This document shows positions 8,370 through 17,778 of a DNA stretch of 32,000 bases, piece by piece. The notes under the pieces are model-generated. The model was not told where the DNA came from, made no database searches, and worked only from the letters and a program-made list of their open reading frames with translations. Source of the DNA: Candidatus Heimdallarchaeota archaeon (GTDB taxonomy: Archaea > Asgardarchaeota > Heimdallarchaeia > Heimdallarchaeales > Heimdallarchaeaceae); NCBI GenBank assembly GCA_030668875.1, contig DAOVER010000003.1, forward strand, positions 30,001 to 62,000, given 5' to 3'. The position numbers were made by a program, and so were the translations under genes. Positions within the stretch are counted from its first letter, which is position 1; every line of letters begins with the position of its first letter.

Positions 8370-9579
8370 AATACATGTTAACCAGCTTAATTTCTAATTC
8401 ATTAATTGGGACCTTGGTTTCATTTGCAATACTTGCAATATCCTCAAATTCAGGTTTTACACCTACTATTTCTCCGTCTAACATCCTTTCCTTAAAACGA
8501 CATTGGAAACCCTTTCCTTCTACAGTTATCTCCTTTGTGACTACTCTTCTTTCTAGTTCATATCGTCCAAATCTATCCTCTCTAACGCCCAAAGTACCGA
8601 GTTCTTTCATCATGAATTTAGCTAATATTGAGGCTTTATCTTCATCACAAATTACTCTTAAACACCAAGCAGGTCTGTTCTTCTTCATAATAAGAGGGTA
8701 ATAGGAAACATCTAGTGCTCCATGTTCCATTAGTTTGCTAACAATTCCTCCTAGTATCTCACCCGATACATCATCTAGATGAGTTTCTAGCATTGAGAGA
8801 TAGTGTTTTGAACTTTCTTTATGCAAATCAACGAGAAGTGTTCTCAAAACATTTGACCTTGATGGAATATCTTTATTGCCTGAACCATACCCAATACTCT
8901 GAACTCTTAGGGGTGGAAGCTGATTGATTTGATTAGTTACTAATCCGCCTAAAAGAATTATTCCTGTAGGAGTCAATAACTCACCATCGACTTCATCACT
9001 GAAAAATGAATATTCTAATTTCTGAAGAATTTCTAATACAGCTGGAGGTGGCACAGAAACTTTTCCATGTGAAAAAGTAATAAATCCGCTTCCTACATTT
9101 ACTGGAAGTCCATAGATTGGTATATCTAGTAAACCATGCTTTTCTAATAACCAAATTGTTCCAACTATGTCCAGTATTGTATCAACACTTGCAGTTTCGT
9201 GCAAATGTAATTTTTCAATAGATCCTCCATGAACCTTGGATTCAGCTTGAAAAAGCAGCTGTAACATTTGTTGAGCTTTGTTTTTTGCTACACCAGAAAG
9301 ATTAAGATTGTCAAGAACCTTCTTTAAAGAATCCATTAGATCTGAAGCATGATGACTCTTCAGATCCTCTTCTATATCTATCACTAAATGAGTTGAATTA
9401 ATTCCTTTTTTGAGTATTTTTTCAACTTTTACATTCATTTTTGTGGATAATGTTGTGTTAATTGATGAAACAAGTTCGTCTAAATTTTCCTTACTTTCTG
9501 TCAGATCTAAGATGCTTGAAAGAAACATGTCTCCAGAGCAACCTGCGATTCTAGGGTCAATAATTAATGCTTTACTCAC
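8344..9579 (-). CDS. larC: Nickel insertion protein LarC
   Basis: GCSGDMFL, HLHETASVDTILDIVG, GELLTPTG, ETHLDD, IMKKNRP, GTLGVR and KPEFED. Encoded as one uninterrupted ORF. Confidence 0.9.
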   Translation of the reverse strand: MSKALIIDPRIAGCSGDMFLSSILDLTESKENLDELVSSINTTLSTKMNVKVEKILKKGINSTHLVIDIEEDLKSHHASDLMDSLKKVLDNLNLSGVAKNKAQQMLQLLFQAESKVHGGSIEKLHLHETASVDTILDIVGTIWLLEKHGLLDIPIYGLPVNVGSGFITFSHGKVSVPPPAVLEILQKLEYSFFSDEVDGELLTPTGIILLGGLVTNQINQLPPLRVQSIGYGSGNKDIPSRSNVLRTLLVDLHKESSKHYLSMLETHLDDVSGEILGGIVSKLMEHGALDVSYYPLIMKKNRPAWCLRVICDEDKASILAKFMMKELGTLGVREDRFGRYELERRVVTKEITVEGKGFQCRFKERMLDGEIVGVKPEFEDIASIANETKVPINELEIKLVNMYYEGTENHE

Positions 9580-10393
9580 TGTCTATCACATCTTGAGGTA
9601 AAGGAATATTCATGGAACCTTGCCTATACCCTTCTAAATCAATTGTTATGTAATGAAAGCCAAGTCTTCTAAGTTTCATCACTAACATCTCTCGTTTTTC
9701 TTCTTCTAGAAATATTCCCATTTCTGAAATAGGAACTTCTATTCTAGCAATATTTTCATGTGCTCTTAATCTTAATGTTGTGACTCCAAAGATTTCACGA
9801 ATAATAATTTCAGCTTGTTCAATCTTCTCTAATGTTGTTTCTGATATTTGTTGACCATAAGGGATTCTTGTTGCTAAACATGTTGATGCAGGTTTTTTAA
9901 CAATTTCTAGTTCCATCTTACTTGCGATTTGCTTAATTTCTTCTTTTGTTATATTCAATTCTAAATAGGGACTTTTTATCCCTAGTTCTTTGACTGCCTT
10001 CAATCCTGGTCTGTAATCAGAGAGATCTGTTTCATTTGATCCTTCTACGATAATATCGTAATTATGACTTTGCACTTCTTTAATGATACTTTGGATGATT
10101 AATGTTTTACAGTAATAACATCTATCAGGACTGTTTTCAGTAATTTTTGGATGTTTTAAGGGATTTACACTGATTATCCTGTACTTTATTCTTCTACTTG
10201 TTAAATATCCAATAGCATATTGTGTATCCTTAGCTGGTACTAGAGAAGACTTTACAATAACTGGTAAAACGCTTTGAGATGTTTTCCTAGCAATTTCTAA
10301 TAAAACTGTACTGTCTAAACCTCCTGAAAATGCTACAACAATATTCTTATCGTGAAAATATTCTTGAAGCTTATTAATGATCTCATTTACCAT
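9572..10393 (-). CDS. larE: ATP-dependent sulfur transferase LarE (PP-loop)
   Basis: AFSGGLDS, RCYYCK, EGSN..DLSDYRPG, STCLATRIPYG, LRLRAH and TIDLEGYRQGSMN. Confidence 0.9.
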   Translation of the reverse strand: MVNEIINKLQEYFHDKNIVVAFSGGLDSTVLLEIARKTSQSVLPVIVKSSLVPAKDTQYAIGYLTSRRIKYRIISVNPLKHPKITENSPDRCYYCKTLIIQSIIKEVQSHNYDIIVEGSNETDLSDYRPGLKAVKELGIKSPYLELNITKEEIKQIASKMELEIVKKPASTCLATRIPYGQQISETTLEKIEQAEIIIREIFGVTTLRLRAHENIARIEVPISEMGIFLEEEKREMLVMKLRRLGFHYITIDLEGYRQGSMNIPLPQDVIDSE

Positions 10394-10647
10394 GTTTTTC
10401 AGATAATTTAACTTTGATGTGTTTTTATCTTCTATGTTTTGTCAAGATTTTAAAGACACAGTACTTGTTCCTCAATTACTTTTCTTTTCCCTAATAAAAT
10501 CCAAAATAATGAAAAGAAAAATCAGAAGAAACCAACTTAGAATCTACTTTTTTGAGTAATAAAATTATTCCGACAAAATTCAGTAGCCCCTTCCTATCAT
10601 GCTAGTATTACACTATGTTATAAAAAGGTGGGACCTTCTGGTAATCT

Positions 10648-11397
10648 ATGCATGTCAATGTTATTTGTTATGTGAGAGTCAGTACAGCGGATCAAACATC
10701 AGGAAGAGATACGCAAATTGATGTAATAGAAAAGAAAATCCAATCTTTGGGTTATAGACATATTTTAGAAACCTTCATCGATGAAGATGTTTCTGGTGAT
10801 AGCCATATAGAAGAAAGACCAGGATTCAAGAGCCTTCTAAGTTATGTTAAAGAGTTTAACAAAAGCAATCCTGGTAACACTGTGAAGGAAATATGGGTTC
10901 AGACAAGAGATCGTATATCAAGAAACGTAGATATGCTTGGTTACGCTTCAGTTGTTTTAAGAGCGAATGGTGTTGAAATCAGAGCTACTGAAGAATCAGA
11001 TGAAATGCTGGTTACAAGGATCTACGATATGCTTGGAGAAGAAGAACTCAAGAAATACAAACTGAAAAGAATGTATGGAATCAAAAGGAGAATCCAAGAT
11101 AATAAGATAATGTCAAGACCACCTTTGGGATACATAATCAATGATGGAAAACTCGAGATTGATGAAGAAATGCGACCTAAGTTAATCGAGATATTCCAAA
11201 TGTTTGAAGACAACGAAACAATGTCAAAAATAAGTAACAAATTCGAAATACCAAGAAGTACTTTAGCTTATTTGAGGAAGAATCCCATTTATCGAACTGG
11301 AGAATATTATTGGAAAGGAAAGATCGTTTATCAAGTAGAACCAGTACTTAAAGAAGGAGACTTAATAGAACGCGATGAAGACGATTTCTACTATTGA
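10648..11397 (+). CDS. Serine recombinase (resolvase catalytic domain plus recombinase domain, no zinc-ribbon domain)
   Basis: CYVRVSTADQ (catalytic Ser), DEDVSG, RPGF, RDRISR, RPPLGY and NPIYRTG. Confidence 0.85.
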   Translation: MHVNVICYVRVSTADQTSGRDTQIDVIEKKIQSLGYRHILETFIDEDVSGDSHIEERPGFKSLLSYVKEFNKSNPGNTVKEIWVQTRDRISRNVDMLGYASVVLRANGVEIRATEESDEMLVTRIYDMLGEEELKKYKLKRMYGIKRRIQDNKIMSRPPLGYIINDGKLEIDEEMRPKLIEIFQMFEDNETMSKISNKFEIPRSTLAYLRKNPIYRTGEYYWKGKIVYQVEPVLKEGDLIERDEDDFYY

Positions 11398-11512
11398 ATT
11401 TCAAATGATTGCAGGATAATTACTCGATCATTTGCTAATTTCATTTTTTCCTAATATTGCTTTTTTAGTTTTTTTCAGTAACATTTATGATATTTAGTTC
11501 TATTATCATCTT

Positions 11513-12652
11513 ATGAAGCTCAATAAAACTACACTTACAATTGCTATTATTGCGTCAATGGTGTTATTGAGTATTAGTTCAAAAGAGAGATTTGTTAATT
11601 TTACCTACGCTGTAGATTATGAAAATGATTGGCATCATCCATTAATACACAGTGAAGATGCTTGGGAAATAACTCAAGGAAGAAAGGATATCATTGTCGC
11701 TGTCATAGATTCTGGTATTGACTTTTCTCATCCAGATCTCATTAATACTCAATGGATCAACACTGGAGAGATTGTAAATAATTCAATAGATGATGACGGA
11801 AATGGTTATGTGGATGATGTGTATGGATGGGATTTTGTTAAAAATGACAGTACCCCCGGACCAGCTTCTGGTGATCCTGTGAATTGGCATGCAACTTTCA
11901 TTGCAGGAATTATTGCTGCACCTAAAGATGATCTTGGTGTAGTAGGTATTGCCCCTAATGTTACAATAATGAATGTCCGAGTTCTTGATGCATCAAACTT
12001 TCTCTATAGTTATGAAACTTTTGGTGCTGCAATAAGATATGCAGCTGAAAATGGTGCAGATATTATCAATTTGAGTATAATTGCTTCTACTAATTCATCA
12101 CTATATATGGATGAAATAGAGTACGCAAATAGCTTAAACATTCCAGTAGTAGCAGTAACTGGAAACAGTGAACTTTCTGTAGTAGCTTATCCTGCTAAAA
12201 GTGACAATGTAATCGCAGTAGGGGCTTCAAATCGTCACAATGAAAAAGCAGATTATAGTAACTATGGAGAAGAAACTGAACTTGTTGCTCCTGTTGGAGA
12301 TTCTGATGAAACTAATATCATAAGTACTGTTCCGCCTGATAAATATGGGCTTGGATGGGGTACTTCCTTTGCGGCACCTCAGGTAGCTGCTACTATAGCT
12401 TTGATGAAATCCCTAAATGATTCTCTATCAATTGCTGTGATTCGTGATATCTTACATAAATCCGCAAAAGACTTAGGTGATCCTGGGCATGATGTTGAAA
12501 CTGGTTATGGCTTATTGAATGTTCTAAGAGCAGTTCAGGCTGTATTAGATCCATCTATACTCCTGCTTCCTGATGACAGCAACTATCAGTTTTTAGCGAT
12601 TCTTCCAATATTAACACTCATCACAATAGTAGTTTTTAGAAAAAGAAAATAA
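11513..12652 (+). CDS. Secreted, membrane-anchored subtilisin-like (S8) serine protease
   Basis: Signal peptide; catalytic triad in VAVIDSG, WHATFIAG and GTSFAAPQV; DDDGNGYVDD insert; C-terminal TM helix plus RKRK. Confidence 0.9.
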   Translation: MKLNKTTLTIAIIASMVLLSISSKERFVNFTYAVDYENDWHHPLIHSEDAWEITQGRKDIIVAVIDSGIDFSHPDLINTQWINTGEIVNNSIDDDGNGYVDDVYGWDFVKNDSTPGPASGDPVNWHATFIAGIIAAPKDDLGVVGIAPNVTIMNVRVLDASNFLYSYETFGAAIRYAAENGADIINLSIIASTNSSLYMDEIEYANSLNIPVVAVTGNSELSVVAYPAKSDNVIAVGASNRHNEKADYSNYGEETELVAPVGDSDETNIISTVPPDKYGLGWGTSFAAPQVAATIALMKSLNDSLSIAVIRDILHKSAKDLGDPGHDVETGYGLLNVLRAVQAVLDPSILLLPDDSNYQFLAILPILTLITIVVFRKRK

Positions 12653-12681
12653 TAGAACAGGAAGAATAAAAAGAGAGTGTT

Positions 12682-14514
12682 TTACAACCTTCTTTTGAAG
12701 AAATCGATGAAATGGTTGAAGGTTCGGATTCTCATTCCAATATCAGAGAAAGCACCGTGACCTTCATCAGTAAATTCGACATACTCGAATGTCTTTTCTC
12801 CTTCAGATGCTTCCTTCCAACCCATCTCTATGAGTTTGTCTCTGAATTGTCTACTCTCTTCAACTGGACATCGAGGGTCATTCACACCATGAATCATTTG
12901 AATTGGAACTTTAATATTATCTATAAAATTCATAGCAGAACCATTTTTCCAAACCTCTTTGTTTTCTTCATAAGATCCTAGATGTTGAATAAGGAAGTAT
13001 TGGAAATGAGGTTTAGATTTGTCAAACATTGTTTTTAGATCAGAAATACCTATCCATGCAGAACCAGTTTTCCATCCTTCATCAGCAAATTTTGTTAATT
13101 GGATGAATGTCATAAATCCACCGTATGATCCACCAAAAACACCAATTCTATCTGGGTCAACATAGTCTAATTTTTCTAGATATTTCTTTGCCCAAACAAC
13201 ATCTTTTCCGTCTCCTCCGCCCCAATCTTTTAGATTGAGTTCCATGAATTCCTTTCCATAACCAGTACTGCCTCTGATGTTTGGATTAAGAATAACAAAC
13301 CCTTCATGAGCAAATACTTGAGAAAACATATCGAACATTTGGAAGTATTGACTGGTTGGTCCTCCATGAACATTAACTAACGCAGGATATTTTTTACCTG
13401 ATTCAAGTTTAGGTGTATAGAGGGTAGCAGCAATTTCTCTTTCATCAAAAGACGGGTATTTGATATACTGTTGCCTATAGAAGTCATCTGCGTCTAAATC
13501 AGTTTGAGGTGGAATCAAGATTTTCTCTTCACCATTTTCTATGTCATACCTTCCTAAAATCATAGGTGTTTCAGAATCCATCCTCATGTAAACAAGATAT
13601 TTATCATTCAGACACCAACGAGCATTGTATGTAAGCCCTTTGAACCCTAGTTCTTTTACATCTCCAGATTCAACATTATATATACTTGGTATTAACTCTG
13701 CTTCATGATTTTTTAAGACTATTAACTTTTTACTGTCATCTGAGAATAAGATGGGATTTTCTTCATGTTTCCCTTCTCCTAACCACTTGATTTGGTTAGT
13801 TTCAAGATTATAAAGACCAGTAGTTACTATCCCAGTTTGATCACTTGATATTGCTAGGTATTTACCATCTTTACTTACATGGCTGAAGGAATCATTAGAA
13901 TCGTCAGAGATATTGACTAATTTTTTAATCTCACTACCATCCTCTTTGATTGCCCAAATATCAGTATTTTTCACGTTGTAAGTTTCGTTATAATTGAAAT
14001 AGATCCAACCATTTTTTGCCCATTCAGCAAGACCCCAAACAGGTTTATCAAAAGCAGTCAGTTGCAGTACTTCTTTAGTTTCGAGATCTAAGGTAAATAG
14101 ATTCATTTGGTCATGCCTGTTTGAAGAGAAAAGAAGCTTCTTTCCATCAGGACTCACATCTATGGGATATTCCATAGCCTCTGGTGTATCTGTAAGTTGA
14201 ATGCTTTCTTTAGTCTCAGTGTTGAAAAGAAAGATATTATGTTGTTCATCTCCATCTACATCACGAGTATAGGTTATGTGAATATCATCTTTTAACCAAA
14301 TGTAACCTGCTCGAATAGCTTTAGGAAGCTCACCATCAGTAATTTGACTATATTCTAAAGTTGCCGGATCTAAAATATAAAACTCCTGTCTTTTTGTTTT
14401 ATTCCAGTAAAAACTTATTTTATCTCTTTTATTATTAGCCGATATGAACGAAAAACTAGGGATGGAAGCTAGTTTTTCTAATGTAATTTCTTTAACCATA
14501 ATTATCAAACACAA
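12682..14514 (-). CDS. S9 family peptidase (acylaminoacyl/prolyl oligopeptidase-like, beta-propeller plus hydrolase domain)
   Basis: VHGGP, PNIRGSTGYG, GGSYGG, HGVNDPRC and DEGHG. Confidence 0.9.
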   Translation of the reverse strand: MCLIIMVKEITLEKLASIPSFSFISANNKRDKISFYWNKTKRQEFYILDPATLEYSQITDGELPKAIRAGYIWLKDDIHITYTRDVDGDEQHNIFLFNTETKESIQLTDTPEAMEYPIDVSPDGKKLLFSSNRHDQMNLFTLDLETKEVLQLTAFDKPVWGLAEWAKNGWIYFNYNETYNVKNTDIWAIKEDGSEIKKLVNISDDSNDSFSHVSKDGKYLAISSDQTGIVTTGLYNLETNQIKWLGEGKHEENPILFSDDSKKLIVLKNHEAELIPSIYNVESGDVKELGFKGLTYNARWCLNDKYLVYMRMDSETPMILGRYDIENGEEKILIPPQTDLDADDFYRQQYIKYPSFDEREIAATLYTPKLESGKKYPALVNVHGGPTSQYFQMFDMFSQVFAHEGFVILNPNIRGSTGYGKEFMELNLKDWGGGDGKDVVWAKKYLEKLDYVDPDRIGVFGGSYGGFMTFIQLTKFADEGWKTGSAWIGISDLKTMFDKSKPHFQYFLIQHLGSYEENKEVWKNGSAMNFIDNIKVPIQMIHGVNDPRCPVEESRQFRDKLIEMGWKEASEGEKTFEYVEFTDEGHGAFSDIGMRIRTFNHFIDFFKRRL

Positions 14515-14640
14515 ATTTGAACTGTGTTAAAAAATATTACTGAACGACAAGAAGAATCTGAAATTACAAAAAGTGGAGATTTTGATATAAAAATGTTCCA
14601 GAATAGAATTATAGTGAAAGAAAAATGAAATAATGAACAA

Positions 14641-15933
14641 CTAAAGTTTGCCAAAAACTTCTTCTATTTCTTCCAAAACCTTATTTGCTTGATCTTCGTT
14701 GATACATAGAGGAGGTTGAAGTCGTAAAACATTACCAAAGATACCTCCAAGACCGATAATTATGCCTTCATCCTTGAGATAGTTAACTATTTTGTTCGTT
14801 TCTTCAGAAGCTGGTTTTTTTGTTTCTTGGTTTTGAACTAATTCAATTCCAATCATTAAACCCTTACCTCTTATGTCACCTATCAGAGAGTGTTTCTTCT
14901 GTAGATCTAAGAGACCATCGAAGAATATTTTTCCAATCTTAGTTGCATTTTGGATTAAGTTTTCATCTCTTAGTATCTCAATATTTTCAAGGGCAACAGC
15001 ACTGCAAACTGGATTTCCACCATATGTTGAGAAGAAATCGCCAGATTCAACGCTATTAGCTATCTTGCTACTAGCTATCACAGCTCCTATTGGCATACCT
15101 CCTCCCATTCCTTTTGCCATAGTCATAAGGTCAGGATTAAGATCCCAGTGTTCAGCTGCGAAGAGTTTTCCTGTTCTCCCAAAACCTGATTGAACTTCGT
15201 CTAGAATGAACGGAATGTCTCTCTCCTTTAGAATACGAGCAATTGTTTCAAAGTATGAAACAGGTGGGACAATTATACCTCCTTCTCCAAGAATAGGTTC
15301 CATAATAAATGCAGCAACATCTCCAACTATGTGTTTATCAATAATTTCTTCAACAGCAAGTGCACAGTCAGTACCTAATTCATCCTCATCCATTTTTGTT
15401 CTATAACTATAAGGAACTGGAGCATGAACTATTCCGGGAATATTTGTATAATTAGCTAAACCTTTTTTGTATTTTCCCTGTCCTGTAAGACTTAAGGCAT
15501 AACCCAATCTTCCATGAAAAGAACCTTCTAGAGCGATTAAAGTTCCACCAGGTTTTCCTTGTGAATATGCATGTTTTTTAACTAATTTTACTGCATTTTC
15601 AACTGCTTCTGTTCCGCTATTACATAGATAAGTGTGTTTTAAGTATGTTGGAGTGATTTCTTCAAGCTTTTCGACTAGAAGTGTTTGAGGAATATTGAAA
15701 AACCTCCCTGATGTATGTATTAATTTCTTCATTTGATTTGTTGCAGCCTGAACTAATCTATCGTGTGCATGTCCAACATTAGAAACTGCTATCCCTGCAA
15801 AACAATCTATGTACTCTTTTCCATTAATATCTTTTAGAATTGCTCCTTGTCCTTCAACTAGCACCAGAGGTACTCTAGCATATCCTTGTACAAAAAATTC
15901 TTTGTCTTTTTTTACTATTTCCTCAAAATTCAC
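14641..15933 (-). CDS. Class III PLP aminotransferase (GabT/ArgD-like)
   Basis: YIDCFAGIAV, CNSGTEAVE, SFHGR, EPILGEGG, DEVQSGFGRTG, MAKGMGGG and STYGGNP. Confidence 0.9.
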   Translation of the reverse strand: MNFEEIVKKDKEFFVQGYARVPLVLVEGQGAILKDINGKEYIDCFAGIAVSNVGHAHDRLVQAATNQMKKLIHTSGRFFNIPQTLLVEKLEEITPTYLKHTYLCNSGTEAVENAVKLVKKHAYSQGKPGGTLIALEGSFHGRLGYALSLTGQGKYKKGLANYTNIPGIVHAPVPYSYRTKMDEDELGTDCALAVEEIIDKHIVGDVAAFIMEPILGEGGIIVPPVSYFETIARILKERDIPFILDEVQSGFGRTGKLFAAEHWDLNPDLMTMAKGMGGGMPIGAVIASSKIANSVESGDFFSTYGGNPVCSAVALENIEILRDENLIQNATKIGKIFFDGLLDLQKKHSLIGDIRGKGLMIGIELVQNQETKKPASEETNKIVNYLKDEGIIIGLGGIFGNVLRLQPPLCINEDQANKVLEEIEEVFGKL

Positions 15934-16017
15934 GACTTACACCTATTAATATTAACAAAATATTGTGCATAAAAAGACAATGGAACCAGAAGAAAATATC
16001 TAGTTCGTTAAATAACT

Positions 16018-16461
16018 TTAACTTGGAATATATCTTCCAGTAAATCTTTCGTATCTCCCTGGTAGTTTATCATTATCAGTAAGATGTATCATCCAAGCAT
16101 GAACTTCTCCTTCAGTCATAGCTTCTCCTGATGATCTGTCTGATCCTGAACCTGTACCTGTTCCAAAACGTGCGTTAAATAGACCAAATGGACCCACGCC
16201 TGACATAAATCCTGCTTCAGCTTGGATTAATGCTGCAATGTCTTTCAAATACATTGGTTCTTCTGAGTTAAGTATGAGTCTAACAAACGACCTTACCAAC
16301 CATGTGACATATTAAGTTATCCAGCTTCCCATCATAGACTTGGCCATAGACTGAGCCATTTTAGAAAAAGGCATGCTGGATTTATACTTGCTAAAGTCAA
16401 ATCTATCTTGTGCAAAAGGAAGTAGAAAACCTTCCAATTCTTCGATAATTTTTTCTGACAT
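16018..16461 (-). pseudogene. 148-codon gene interrupted by an in-frame TAA; C-terminal part resembles a PCI-type winged helix
   Basis: ATG at 16461 reads MSEKIIEELEGF...SMMGSWIT, then TAA (16312-16314), then YVTWLVRSFVRLIL... in the same frame as the tracked 16018-16299 ORF. Confidence 0.6.
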
Positions 16462-16502
16462 GATTTATTGATTGTCTGATAGCCTACTTATATCTATTCA
16501 AT

Positions 16503-17687
16503 CTAAAACCAAACCATTAATGAACAAGGCTTCATTGGAAACAAGTAAGGCTCTAGCCACTCTTCTGGTATATATGATTCTTCCGCTTCAAGTAACTTGG
16601 GCAGTGATGCATATCCTGCTAATAACTGTGTTAGCTTATTCACAGAGATTTCCAATGTTCTGTCTTTTGATACATCTTCTTCAGTGGCTTTTACTGCAAT
16701 ACATTTTCCGTTACTAATGTTCAGTTTCCATGTACCAGTATTTTCTTCAATTATTTTATCTTCAATTTTCAAATAAAGTTTTGTTGATATATTTGTTGGA
16801 TAATTTAAATCTTCAAAACACATTTTCAAATTTAGAACTCGTAACATCCCTGGCCACGAAGCAAACTTATGTTCTGAGTTGTAGTCTACTAAGTAGCTCA
16901 AAATCTCTTCTTCATAGGGTAAATTTATCATTATATGTTTAACATCACTATCAAAATTCCTAAGAAAGGATAGCATTGTCTTTTTAGTAGAGATATCAAT
17001 GTAAGCAAGATCGAGTATATTCATATCATGTTGATATTCGTCTGTTTTTTTTAGCTTGAAGCAAAAGTAACCTACAGGTTCCTCTCCTCTCTCAAATAGA
17101 TACATCTTGAACCTTTGTGGATAACCCCTAAGTTTCCAAGCATCTTCTTTTCCAACAATTCTAGTATATTTATTAACCGCATTCTGAGCTATTTTGTTTA
17201 GTTTCTCGAAATCTTTCGAATGATCATATCTTATAATTGAAATGTTCTCATCTTTCTGAATATCTTTTCGAATATTTGATGGTTTTATCTTATAGGATAT
17301 AGCTTTCTCAACGCTTGCATAACCAAATTTACTATAAAACTTATGTTCAAAAGGCCAAAGTGCGCTATAAATGTAACCGTCATCCTTCATTTTTCGAAGC
17401 AAAATATTCATCAGTTTATTTATTAAACCTTTTCTTCTATGAACTGGGCTAGTCATAACAAAAGCTATTCCTGCACATTTAAACAACTGATTTCTTATGA
17501 ATATTTCAAAGAATCTTCCATCTGCAGCAGCTTGTAAATTATTGTCTTCAAATGCTCCAAGAAAATATTGCTCACTAAATTCTTTGAAATCTTTTTTCAT
17601 ATCTTCTACAGATTCATGAAAACAAGTAGCAGCTAATTCAGCTAATTGATCATATTCATCTTTTGATGAAATCTGTCTAAATTTCAT
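16503..17687 (-). CDS. Eis-like GNAT acetyltransferase with an SCP2-like C-terminal domain
   Basis: GIAFVMTSPVHRRKGL, SALWPFEHKFYSKFGY, tandem GNAT size, and C-terminal LKIEDKIIEENTGTW...LTQLLAGY. Confidence 0.85.
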   Translation of the reverse strand: MKFRQISSKDEYDQLAELAATCFHESVEDMKKDFKEFSEQYFLGAFEDNNLQAAADGRFFEIFIRNQLFKCAGIAFVMTSPVHRRKGLINKLMNILLRKMKDDGYIYSALWPFEHKFYSKFGYASVEKAISYKIKPSNIRKDIQKDENISIIRYDHSKDFEKLNKIAQNAVNKYTRIVGKEDAWKLRGYPQRFKMYLFERGEEPVGYFCFKLKKTDEYQHDMNILDLAYIDISTKKTMLSFLRNFDSDVKHIMINLPYEEEILSYLVDYNSEHKFASWPGMLRVLNLKMCFEDLNYPTNISTKLYLKIEDKIIEENTGTWKLNISNGKCIAVKATEEDVSKDRTLEISVNKLTQLLAGYASLPKLLEAEESYIPEEWLEPYLFPMKPCSLMVWF

Positions 17688-17778
17688 AATCTGCGATGAA
17701 ACTACGAAGTTTTAAATATTGTTTTCAACTAGAAATATATTGTTGAAATATTTAATAGCAGGTAAATTGAATATATAA

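Noticed and set aside
10648-11397. IS607 TnpA or a large serine integrase
   Set aside because: No N-terminal HTH or adjacent tnpB; too short and lacks the zinc-ribbon domain of phage integrases.
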